Below are positions 1-8,666 of a DNA stretch of 64,000 nucleotides, piece by piece; within the stretch, counting starts at the first letter, position 1, and the number at the start of each line of letters is the position of its first letter. The notes beneath the pieces were generated by a model. The model had not been told where the DNA came from. It searched no databases and saw nothing but the letters and a program-made list of their open reading frames with translations. The position numbers and the translations under genes were made by a program. Origin of the DNA: an uncultured Candidatus Binatia bacterium (GTDB lineage: Bacteria; Desulfobacterota; Binatia; UBA9968; JAJDTQ01); contig OZ244070.1 of NCBI GenBank assembly GCA_965215605.1, positions 864,001 to 928,000 of the forward strand, given 5' to 3'.

Positions 1-437
1 AGCTCCATCCAGAGCCGTCCGAGGACGTTCCTGCCCTCGTAGCGGCCGGCGACAGGACGGGCGCCCCACCAAGGGTCGCGCGCGGAGACCTCTACGATGG
101 GGCGGTCTCTGGTAGCGGCGAGCAGCGCGTCAATCTCGGCCGGATTGGCCTTGCGCTTCAGACGCAGCACACAGCGCATGACGTTGACGCGCTGCGCCGC
201 CCAGCCGGGGTCGATGCCGAGACCCGGGGTGCGGCCAATGGCGGCGGCCTGCCCCGGCGTGGGCGCTTCGGCGATGCGCTGCTGAATGTCCGGGCGCACG
301 GCGAACTTGCGGGCCTGATACAAGGCCTCGGACGTGGCGAAGGTCCAGGGGCCGGCGGCGATGGGTACGACCATAGGCTGGAAGTTGCTGAACGCACCCC
401 ACGCATCGGGGATACCCTTCCGGTCAGCGTCCGCCAT
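1..437 (-). CDS. NADAR (YbiA-like) domain protein, 3' end runs off the window
   Basis: Manual translation from ATG 437: MADADRKGIPDAWGAFSNF...TSEALYQARKF...IVEVSARDPWWGA...GRNVLGRLWMEL, the NADAR motif series. Not in the ORF track. Confidence 0.85.
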   Translation of the reverse strand, partial: MADADRKGIPDAWGAFSNFQPMVVPIAAGPWTFATSEALYQARKFAVRPDIQQRIAEAPTPGQAAAIGRTPGLGIDPGWAAQRVNVMRCVLRLKRKANPAEIDALLAATRDRPIVEVSARDPWWGARPVAGRYEGRNVLGRLWME

Positions 438-537
438 CACGCGATAGTGCGGAAACACATGTAGATTCAAAGCCTTACGGCTCACCCCGTCCCGCACCGC
501 CAAGCCCCGCGCCAGGAAGTACGATGTCTGGGACGAC

Positions 538-1659
538 GTGATCTCCGGCCTCGGCCTCCGCGTCGGCACCAGCGGAAATCGCTCGTTCTTCGTGCGCCGC
601 AGCGTGCGCGGGCGCATCCGCTCCGCCACCATCGCCAGCGCCGACACCCTCACCGTGCCCGAGGCGCGGCGCGAGGCCCGCAGGCTCCTCGCCACCTTCA
701 TCGACCCGGCCAGGAACGACACCGGACCCACAACGCCGGGCCACCCGATGGACGCCTTCGCCACGGAGTTCCTCGAACGCTACGCCCGGCACTGGAAGCC
801 GAGCACACTGGAGAACAACGCCTACCTCGTGCGCAAGTACATCCTCCCCGCCTTCGGCCGCATGACCGTGGATGCCATCACCGTCGAGCATGTCAAGGAC
901 TGGTTCGCGTCCATGGCCGACCGGCCCGGCGCGGCCAACCGCTCCATCCCGGTCCTGTCCGTCATGATGCGCATGGCCGAGCTTTGGGGTTACCGCCCCC
1001 ACAACTCCAACCCCTGCAAAAACGCCAAGCGTTACCGGATGCAGCCCAAGCAGCGGTTCCTGACCGCCGGGGAGATGGCCCGGCTCAACGCGGTGCTCAC
1101 CCGAGACGAGTTCTACTGCCCGCAAGCCGTTGCCATCATCCGCCTGTTGATGCTCACCGGATGCCGCGCTGGCGAAGTCGTCTCCCTCCAATGGGACTGG
1201 ATCAAGGGCAAACGCATCTTCCTTCCGGACTCCAAGTCCGGGCCGCGCGTGGTCCCCCTTGGCGAAGCCGCGCGTGCGCACGTCGCGGCGCTGCCCGGCC
1301 TGCGCAACCCGGATGCCTGCCTGTTTCCCCGCCATGCCGAAGGCCGGGGGACGTACAGCCTTGAAAACTGCTGGCGGACGGTCTGCGAAGACGCCGGCCT
1401 CGGCCAACTGCGCCTGCACGACCTCCGCCATACCGCCGCGAGTCATGCCGTCATGTCGGGCGAAAGCCTGTTGCTGGTCGGGAAGCTGCTCGGGCACCGG
1501 CGCCACCGCACGACGGCAGGCTACGCGCACTTGGCCGACGCGCATCTTGTCGAGGCCGCGGAGAAGGTGGGGAAACTCATTGCCGGTTCCATGGGCCTCG
1601 ACCAGATGTCGTCTGACTCATGCGCACCTCGGGGCCATGTGCCGGATTCTGCTCTCTAG
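538..1659 (+). CDS. Tyrosine recombinase/integrase (start uncertain)
   Basis: LTGCR, DSKSG, HDLRH, LLGH and TTAGYAHL catalytic set; arm-binding-like N-terminus. Confidence 0.9.
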   Translation: MISGLGLRVGTSGNRSFFVRRSVRGRIRSATIASADTLTVPEARREARRLLATFIDPARNDTGPTTPGHPMDAFATEFLERYARHWKPSTLENNAYLVRKYILPAFGRMTVDAITVEHVKDWFASMADRPGAANRSIPVLSVMMRMAELWGYRPHNSNPCKNAKRYRMQPKQRFLTAGEMARLNAVLTRDEFYCPQAVAIIRLLMLTGCRAGEVVSLQWDWIKGKRIFLPDSKSGPRVVPLGEAARAHVAALPGLRNPDACLFPRHAEGRGTYSLENCWRTVCEDAGLGQLRLHDLRHTAASHAVMSGESLLLVGKLLGHRRHRTTAGYAHLADAHLVEAAEKVGKLIAGSMGLDQMSSDSCAPRGHVPDSAL

Positions 1660-2326
1660 CCCTCAATGCTCTGTCCCCGTGTTCCTTGCAAATCTGTCCC
1701 ACGACAAGTTTGCGCAACTCACTTGCTTCACGACCCGGATCGCAAGGGTCTTGGAGGCCGGATTTTGTGAACTTGAACACCATATGGGAATATGGCCAAC
1801 GTATCTTACAAAACTTGTCCCGAATCATTGAACACAAATTGGCGAGAGCTTTGAAGTACCTCTCATCATCGCCCTCCCCAAAACCACCGAGGGCCTCATT
1901 TTTCCTGAAGGTAGCCCGGTCAAAGTGGGCTATTATCTTATTGCGCGCAGGTTCAATGCACTGGTAGAAGCTATCCAACTCTGAGGCAATTTTACCAATC
2001 TCGGCCTTCTCTTCTTCTGTCCAACAGCCTTGCTTCGTAAAGAACGCAATGGAGAGGTTTTCATGCTGACCCTGTCTATGTGGATCATGAAGTTTAGAAA
2101 TTTGCAGTAAAATGTATTCGTGACCGATGACATTGAGACGACCGAGACAGTGTCCATGCGAGGTTTCTCGGAAGTCCTCCTCCGATATACCGCACTCTTG
2201 GCACAAATACTCGGGTAGGCTCTCCAAGAAGTTTGCACAAGTCACCCAACACTCGTAAGCCCATAGACATGCGCCGAGGAAGTCTTCCGCGTCCTTCTGA
2301 GTCACGGCAGATGATTGATCCGTCAT
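1577..2326 (-). CDS. HEPN domain protein, AbiU2-like
   Basis: LQISKLHDP...NLSI...RNKIIAH (R-x-H HEPN motif); visibly lower GC. Confidence 0.65.
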   Translation of the reverse strand: MTDQSSAVTQKDAEDFLGACLWAYECWVTCANFLESLPEYLCQECGISEEDFRETSHGHCLGRLNVIGHEYILLQISKLHDPHRQGQHENLSIAFFTKQGCWTEEEKAEIGKIASELDSFYQCIEPARNKIIAHFDRATFRKNEALGGFGEGDDERYFKALANLCSMIRDKFCKIRWPYSHMVFKFTKSGLQDPCDPGREASELRKLVVGQICKEHGDRALRAREQNPAHGPEVRMSQTTSGRGPWNRQ

Positions 2327-2495
2327 GGTTGCACGCCCTCAACTCCGGCCGGTCATCCGCTTCTGGCAAGCCCTTGCGGGCTCAACGACCCCCGCTCCAG
2401 GACAGGAGAGCATCGTACAGGCTCCGCAAGGACGCGGAAGGAGTCCGCCCCTCGCATTTCCACGAGCGTTCCCTGTCCATTCATCGGCCCCGTCC

Positions 2496-4049
2496 TCATC
2501 GCGCCCCGTGCGCTTTCAGTGTCCGGATCACTTCCTGAAAAGGTTTGACGCTCTCCTCTGTCTCTTCCATCCCGAGTCGGGCCATGTCCATAGGAGTGGC
2601 TTTACCTCCGGCCCTCGCGTTCACTTTCGCGCCAGCAGCGAGCAAGGCCTTCACCGCTCCCGCTTGGCCTTTGAGTGCCGCCGTGTGAAGGGGCGTCACC
2701 CCTTCTTTGTCCTTGGCGTTCACGTCCGCGCCAGCAGCGAGCAAGGCCTTCACTGCTCCCGCTTGGCCGTCGAATGCCGCCCAGTGAAGGGGCGTAAACC
2801 CATTTTTGGCTTTGGCGTTCACGTCCGCGCCAGCAGCGAGCAAGGCTTTCACCGCTCCCGCTTGACCGTTGCGTACTGCCAAGTAAAGGGGCGTAAACCC
2901 ATTTTTGTCTTTGGGGTTCACGTCCGCGCCAGCAGCGAGCAAGGCCTTCACCGCTCCCGCTTGACCACTGAGTGCCGCCGTGTGAAGGGGAGTCCACCCT
3001 GCTTTGTCGTCTTTGGCGTTCACGTTCGCGCCTGCTGCGAGCAAAGCTGCGAAAAGGGCCTCCACCTCCCCCTCTTTGAATACCGCCAAAACCGCTCCCC
3101 CTTGGTCATTGCCAAAGCGTACTACCGAGTGAAGGGGAGTCTCCCCTGTTTTGTCCTTGGCGTTCACGTCCGCGCCAGCAGTGAGCAAGGCCTTCACCGC
3201 TCCCGCTCGGCCTTTGAATGCCGCCGCGTGAAGGGGCGTCCTCCCTGCTTTGTCGTCTTTGGCGTTCACTTTCGCGCCTGCAGCGAGCAAGGCCTTCACC
3301 GCTCCCGCTGGGCCGTTGAGTGCCGCCAAGTGAAGGGGCGTCACCCCTTCTTTGGCTTTGGCGTTCACGTCCGCGCCTGCTGCTAGCAAAGCTGCGAGAA
3401 GGGCCTCCACCGCCCCCTCTTTGAGTGCCGCAAAAACCGCTCCCCCTTGGCCACCGCGTACTGCCACTGCCGAGTGAAGGGGAGTCCTCCCTTTTTCGTC
3501 TTTGGCGTTCACGTCCGCGCCAGCAGCGAGCAAGGCCTTCACCGCTCCCGCTTGGCCTTTGAATGCCGCCAAGTGAAGGGGCGTCACCCCTTCTTTGGCT
3601 TTGGTGTTCACGTCCGTGCCTGCTGCTAGAAGGGCTTTTACCGCTCCCGCTTGGCCTTTGAATGCCGCCCAGTGAAGGGGAGTCTGCCCTTCTTTGGTTT
3701 TGGCGTTCACGTCCGCGCCTGCTGCTAGCAAAGCCTTCACTGCTCCCGCTGGGCCGTTGAGTGCCGCCAAGTGAAGGGGAGTCGTCTGCCCTTCTTTGGT
3801 TTTGGCGTTCACGTCCGCGCCTGCTGCTAGCAAAGCCTTCACCACTCCCGCTTGGTCGTTGAGTGCCGCCGTGTGAAGGGGCGTCCACCCTTTTTCGTCT
3901 CTGGCGTTCACGTCCGCGCCTGCTGCGAGAAGTTCCTTGACGCGATGCTCGTCGCCCTTCCCCGCTACGTCGTGGATCGGGGCCGCCATCAGGGCCGTCG
4001 GAGAACAAAGACACGCCAGCACAAGCACGATCACCAATCGTCGAATCAT
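2496..4049 (-). CDS. Secreted ankyrin-repeat protein (12 internal repeats plus caps)
   Basis: RBS AGAGGAG before ATG 4049; signal-peptide-like MIRRLVIVLVLACLC; repeated GxTPLHxAA...GAVKALLAAGADVN. Confidence 0.95.
   Translation of the reverse strand: MIRRLVIVLVLACLCSPTALMAAPIHDVAGKGDEHRVKELLAAGADVNARDEKGWTPLHTAALNDQAGVVKALLAAGADVNAKTKEGQTTPLHLAALNGPAGAVKALLAAGADVNAKTKEGQTPLHWAAFKGQAGAVKALLAAGTDVNTKAKEGVTPLHLAAFKGQAGAVKALLAAGADVNAKDEKGRTPLHSAVAVRGGQGGAVFAALKEGAVEALLAALLAAGADVNAKAKEGVTPLHLAALNGPAGAVKALLAAGAKVNAKDDKAGRTPLHAAAFKGRAGAVKALLTAGADVNAKDKTGETPLHSVVRFGNDQGGAVLAVFKEGEVEALFAALLAAGANVNAKDDKAGWTPLHTAALSGQAGAVKALLAAGADVNPKDKNGFTPLYLAVRNGQAGAVKALLAAGADVNAKAKNGFTPLHWAAFDGQAGAVKALLAAGADVNAKDKEGVTPLHTAALKGQAGAVKALLAAGAKVNARAGGKATPMDMARLGMEETEESVKPFQEVIRTLKAHGAR
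2620..3930 (-). repeat. About 99-bp coding tandem repeats of the ankyrin gene
   Basis: Recurrent 'ttggcgttcacgtccgcgcc...gcaaggccttcaccgctcccgc' units. Confidence 0.9.
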
Positions 4050-4320
4050 CGCGTCTCCTCTGGATTCAGATAAATCTGCTTCCCAGTCGCATCGACGTAC
4101 AAAGCCCGATGGAACCTTATGCAATGGCACGCGGCCATGGGTCAAGGAATCCGCCGGAGCGGCGCCTTCGAAGCGTTTCCTCCTCGCCCGGGATTGCGGA
4201 CGCGCACATGGCGACGATCCATTCCATAACGCACCGCAACCGCGCCGCCGGGACTTCCGGCACAGCGTCTTGCAAAGCCAGGATCTAGGCTCGCCATCCC
4301 GCAAGCATTCGCCTGCCGTG

Positions 4321-5082
4321 ATGAACGTCCAATCCAACTGTCGCGGGCTGTACTGCGTGGCGGTAGCGTGTGAAACTGGAGACCTTGGTTTCCGCCGGGC
4401 GGGTTACGAGAGGGCGCCTGAGGTGCACAATCCGCATCCGTTCTTCCGGCGGGCGCAAACCTTCCTGGAGTTGCTCGCCGTGTCGCACGCGACGCCCGTG
4501 TCGCGTCTTGCGGGACTGTCGTACCGTATCGGCCAGTCCGCCAGCCGCCTTCTGGGCCTGGAGGGTCACAACGGCGGATGCCAACGGGACCGCTTGGCGC
4601 AAGCGTTCGACGGCTTCGAGGCGACTCCGGAAGTGGCGCATGAGGCGCTCGCCGAAGCGATGAAAGCGTTCGAGAACCGGGCAAGCGAGCGGTACGGGAG
4701 GATGGCGCCGGTGGTGGGGCGGCTAGCCGAAGCGCTGGCGAGGGACGGACGGTTCGGGGGCGCAGACAGGATACTGGATGTCGCGATTGCGCTGGAACGC
4801 ATGTACGTGCTGGATGGCGGGAAAATCTCCCGCAAATTGCGGAACCGGGCGGCCAAGTTTCTCGCGACAGACGCGGAAAGCAGGGAGAGGATCGGGGAAA
4901 GCATCAGGGAGTTCTACGACACGCGATCGGACATCATTCACAACCGGCTGGAGAGGCTGACTGCGCAGAGAAACCTCGTGGCCTTCCGCACCGGCTTCGA
5001 CATCGCCCGACGGTCGCTGTTCAAGCTGCTGCGCGAGGGGCCGCCCGAGGATTGGGACGCTTCGGTGGTCGCCGGACGGTGA
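4321..5082 (+). CDS. HEPN (ApeA-like) domain protein, probably 5'-truncated
   Basis: DRILDVAIALERMY...FYDTRSDIIH (RxxxxH). The longer upstream ORF extension overlaps the ankyrin gene and looks non-coding. Confidence 0.6.
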   Translation: MNVQSNCRGLYCVAVACETGDLGFRRAGYERAPEVHNPHPFFRRAQTFLELLAVSHATPVSRLAGLSYRIGQSASRLLGLEGHNGGCQRDRLAQAFDGFEATPEVAHEALAEAMKAFENRASERYGRMAPVVGRLAEALARDGRFGGADRILDVAIALERMYVLDGGKISRKLRNRAAKFLATDAESRERIGESIREFYDTRSDIIHNRLERLTAQRNLVAFRTGFDIARRSLFKLLREGPPEDWDASVVAGR

Positions 5083-5220
5083 AGCGTTGGCGCATGGCGG
5101 TAGCGCTACGCAGCAGCGGAACTGCGCTCGCATTGGCCGAAGGCGAGGTGCGCGATGGTGGCGGAAAGACGCGGAAGGAAGGGACAGGTGGTCCGAAGCC
5201 CGTAACATAGGAGTAATCCG

Positions 5221-6102
5221 ATGGATAACCAAAACCAACCCCAAGTTGCGGGTTTCTTCGACGGTCTTTCTGGAATAGCCCGTTACATCAGGATGTACTT
5301 CGGACGGACACCGCTTGCGAGTGGGACCTGCTTCTTCGTCATGTCTGCAGACGGACCGGTGCTTGTCACGAACCGCCACAACTTCACCGGGCGTAACAAC
5401 ATCACCGGCGAGCCGCTCCACAAGGAAGGCGGTATACCGGACCATGCCGTTGTGACGCTGCATGGGCCGGGGGAAGTCCACTACCACATTGACTTGGTGG
5501 ACCACGCGAACCCGGAAGCGCCAGCTTGGACCGAGCACCCCACGTTGGGAACCAAGGCGGACATCGTGGCTCTGCCAGTCAAGGAGATGACGAATATCAT
5601 AGGTGAGGAGAACAGCGTCTCGTTGGACCAGGACTGGCACAGGTGGGACGTGGGGAGCGAACTCCATGTCATCGGGTATCCTTACGGACAGATAGGAGGT
5701 CCGTTCCCGATTTGGTCGAAAGGCTTCATCGCATCGGAACCCGATGTAGACATCGCGGACTTGCCCATATTCCTCATCGACTGCAGGTCGCGCCCCGGTC
5801 AGTCCGGTTCTCCCGTCTATGCGCGCTTCCGAACGGGAGATGTCGTCAAGCACAAGGGACGGGATTGGCAGGCAAAGAAACCTGTGAGCTACTTCGTCGG
5901 TGCCTACTCGGGCAGATTGCGCGCTGACTCGGACCTTGGAGTGGTGTGGAAGCGAAGTTGCATAGAGGAACTCGTGAACCACGCAATAGCTCAAGGGACT
6001 CAACACCGAATGGAACTGCGACGCCATCGGTTTTCCGCGCCTTTCTCCGAGAAATTCAGCCTGGACCGCATCATCAGCAACGATGTCGATGAAGTAGAGT
6101 AG
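5221..6102 (+). CDS. Trypsin-like serine protease
   Basis: SGTCF, VTNRH, DIVAL, IGYP and GQSGSPV catalytic triad motifs. Confidence 0.85.
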   Translation: MDNQNQPQVAGFFDGLSGIARYIRMYFGRTPLASGTCFFVMSADGPVLVTNRHNFTGRNNITGEPLHKEGGIPDHAVVTLHGPGEVHYHIDLVDHANPEAPAWTEHPTLGTKADIVALPVKEMTNIIGEENSVSLDQDWHRWDVGSELHVIGYPYGQIGGPFPIWSKGFIASEPDVDIADLPIFLIDCRSRPGQSGSPVYARFRTGDVVKHKGRDWQAKKPVSYFVGAYSGRLRADSDLGVVWKRSCIEELVNHAIAQGTQHRMELRRHRFSAPFSEKFSLDRIISNDVDEVE

Positions 6103-6653
6103 GAGCATAGGGAACGTTCTCTCCGCGCGTCCCAGCCCGGAAATTCTCGCGCACGATCCGAGCATTCTGCGCGGCGTAGCGATGTTCGAGTCCTTGATGA
6201 TCGACCGCTCCCAACCCCGATTGGCGTTGGAACCTCGTTCAGAATCCTGCGTCGGCGGACCCTCCTCGTGTGCTCGCTTTGCGCCTCTGCACGAGGGGAT
6301 TCAGGGTTGAGTTGGTATCGGATGTGCTGTGGAAGGGTCGAAGTCCTGTCGCGAGAGTCGACTCCAGGTCTGATGGCGGGGTCAACGTCGCGAATCCCGG
6401 TTGCGGTATCGTAGGACCTTGCCGATTCTGCGGCGAGCCGATGGGCTGTCTCGGTGCCCCCGGGAAAGATGGATGTGCAGTACACCTGGAAGTGGCTGGA
6501 GTGTCCGGCAACCGTCGATACCCAAAGCGCTCTCCGCCCCCCACGAATACGGGCACACATGAGACGAGGAGTTGACACGGATTCTCTTGTGCAAGCTGGC
6601 GATTTTCGCGAAGCTTGGCGACAGCGTCGAGACAGGACGGACGCTTGATTCAA

Positions 6654-7034
6654 TCATTCGGGCGGGCTGTTTTTGAGCGTATTCTGAAGCTTGCGGGCTT
6701 CGTCGACCAGGCGTTCGAGTCGCTCGCGGTCTCCATTGTCGATCATGTCGCCGCGTATTTTGGTTGCCATGATGTAAGCGTAACGAAAGGTGCGCTCGAT
6801 CAGGGGCACGAGATGGGCGGGCAGAGAGACGGGGGCGGCGTTTTCGGGGTTGCGGACGAGGTCGAGAATCTTCTTCCGTACGAACTCGGCGGGCGTGATG
6901 CCATGGGTATGTGCGGCTTCTCGCACTTCCTCCCATTCGGAGTCGGAGAAGCGGACGCCGCGGTTCTTGCGTGCGGCATCGTGTTGCTGATCCCGGGCGT
7001 CGCCGGTTTCGGGGTCGGGGTGGTTGGCGGTCAT
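6654..7034 (-). CDS. Ribbon-helix-helix relaxosome accessory protein (TrwA/MobC/CopG-like)
   Basis: RGVRFSDSEWEEVREAA...GITPAEFVR RHH pattern; lies beside the oriT. Confidence 0.7.
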   Translation of the reverse strand: MTANHPDPETGDARDQQHDAARKNRGVRFSDSEWEEVREAAHTHGITPAEFVRKKILDLVRNPENAAPVSLPAHLVPLIERTFRYAYIMATKIRGDMIDNGDRERLERLVDEARKLQNTLKNSPPE

Positions 7035-7273
7035 GATCTGGGGCCTGGTGGCGGATCGACTCTGGGCTCGTACGGGGTGCGGACGCGGTGTGTAGTGGGG
7101 GACCGGGATCGAGCGTTCGCAACTCTTTTTTGCTACCAGATCGGCGAGTTCATGGCGAACTCGAAGCGGTTTTGTTCGCCAGTGATCCTAATGAGAAGCG
7201 ATGGGGTGGCTGGGACGGGGAGGATTTTCGGGCGGAACGGCGCGGAAGTGAGCCAGCGGAGGGGAGGATAAGC

Positions 7274-7388
7274 GTGTAACGATCGTGGAGCGCGGCATTG
7301 TGTCGGTGTAACGGCGGTGGAGCAAGCGTGTAACGGTAGCGACAGCAGGCGCCAGGGCTGCGCGGCGGCGCAACGGTAGTCGTGTTAC
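7274..7388. repeat. TGTAAC iterons (3 direct, 1 inverted), candidate RHH binding sites
   Basis: GTGTAACG at 7274, 7306 and 7328; inverted GTTACA near 7384. Confidence 0.55.
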
Positions 7389-7480
7389 AGGGAGCAACCA
7401 CTCGGTCCAACAAGAGGCAGGCGGACAAAGGCGCCACTTGTACCTGAAAGGGCACGGCATTCGCATCAATGGCACAACCA

Positions 7481-7505
7481 GCATCGGAGGTGCGTGGGGT
7501 GTGAG
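7481..7505 (+). promoter_or_regulatory. MOBF-type oriT nic region, predicted nick 7502/7503
   Basis: Hairpin GCATC-GGA-GGTGC followed by GTGGGGTGT^G. TGCGTGGGGTGTG (7491-7503) matches the F-plasmid nic core, and the hairpin resembles R388 GCACC-GAAA-GGTGC (both recalled from memory). Confidence 0.7.
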
Positions 7506-7519
7506 AATCAGAGCCCGCG

Positions 7520-8600
7520 CCATGCGGTCAGGAACGGAAAATGTGAGGTATGAGCGAAGGGGGATCGAGGCGGGCGAAGCCGGCGGAAGGGAGCCGCCAC
7601 GGCGACTGAGTGGAAGTCAGTGTCGACGGAGCTTCCGGCAGGCGTGCGGAGCACGCTGCCGGAAGCGCGGGCAGTGGCGTCCGCAGTGGCGAGGAAAGCG
7701 AGGACGGCGGAGTGCGGGAGCCGGTGACGTGCGGAGCCGGCACGGGCGATGCGGATGCGGAGGGGGTGTGCCGAAGACGAGCGCAGCGAGGCGGACGGCA
7801 TGAGTGCAGCGATGCCGCCGAAGGCGGCGAGGCATGCCGTGCTGAACAGGCGAGTTGGCGCAGCCGGGTTCGACAGGGTCACGTCAGCGGCAATGGCGAT
7901 TGAGTGGCGGTCACTGCCGGAGGCGCGGGCAGAGGCGTCTGCAGCGCGCACCGGCGAGGTGAAGGAAGCAGGACGGACCGGTCCGGAGGAGGGGGGAAGG
8001 CCCGCGTCGCCGAGTGGCGCAGGGGAGGCGCGAAGCGGGTCCTCGGCGACACGGGCCGTGGAGGGGGGTCCGTGCCGAGGGCAGCACATGTCGATGGCAC
8101 TCGATAACGGCACAACCTTTAGGAGAATGCCGGACGGAGCGAGCGCAGCGAGGCGGACGACATGAGTGCGGCAATGCTGCCGAGGGCGGCGAGCCGTGCG
8201 CACACCGGGAGCGCCAGCGACCGAAGGCGCGAGACCGCGCAGCGGCTCGACAGGGTAGCGTCACCGGCAACGCCGGTGACGTGGAAACCAGCGGGCCGCC
8301 GCGGCGACCGAGTGGCGGTCAGTGCTGAAGGCGCCGACGGCATACGTGCGAAGCACGTTGCCGGAGGCGTCGACTGGGGTGTCCACAGTGGTGCGGACAC
8401 CGGGGATGGCGGGGAGCGGAAGCCGGCGACGGGCGAAGCCCGCACGGCGACGCGGACGGCACGGGTGCGGCGAGTCGTGGGTCGGATGCGCGGCCAGGCA
8501 TGGCGCGCCTGGAATGGAACACGGGTCACGCCGTTTTGTGGGCGGAGGGAGCGCCAGCGACCCGAGGCGCGACGCGAAGCGAGCGCTGTTGGTGTATTGT
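7520..8600 (+). repeat. Non-coding mosaic of diverged duplicated hairpin modules
   Basis: 7601-7755 ~ 8303-8456; 7779-7831 ~ 8141-8193; 8207-8245 ~ 8547-8583; no credible ORF. Confidence 0.7.
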
Positions 8601-8614
8601 TCGGGTGCGCCGAC

Positions 8615-8653
8615 AAAAAAAGGGAGCCGCGCCGCCGAAGCGACGCGACCCCC
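8615..8653 (-). terminator. Intrinsic terminator after the DUF2493 gene
   Basis: Minus strand GGGGTCGCGTCGC-TTCG-GCGGCGCGGCTCCC-T7. Confidence 0.7.
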
Positions 8654-8666
8654 TGTTGCGTGCGGC

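Noticed and set aside
393-406. Second TGCGTGGGGTG nic-like motif
   Set aside because: It lies within NADAR codons (DAWGA) and lacks the TGT^G core; probably chance.
2620-3930. Regular repeats resembling a CRISPR array
   Set aside because: They are in-frame ankyrin coding repeats, with no unique spacers or cas genes.
6110-6650. Remnant of a coupling protein or relaxase
   Set aside because: No Walker or HUH motifs in the frames examined; left unassigned.
7427-7445. MOBQ-like nic (TACAAGTGGCGCCTT on the minus strand)
   Set aside because: The match is imperfect and its polarity conflicts with the leading-region layout; the MOBF site at 7491-7503 fits better.
7520-8600. ORFs or a CRISPR-like array in the hairpin region
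   Set aside because: The ORFs are low-complexity Arg/Ala/Gly shadows, and the repeats are irregular in length and spacing.
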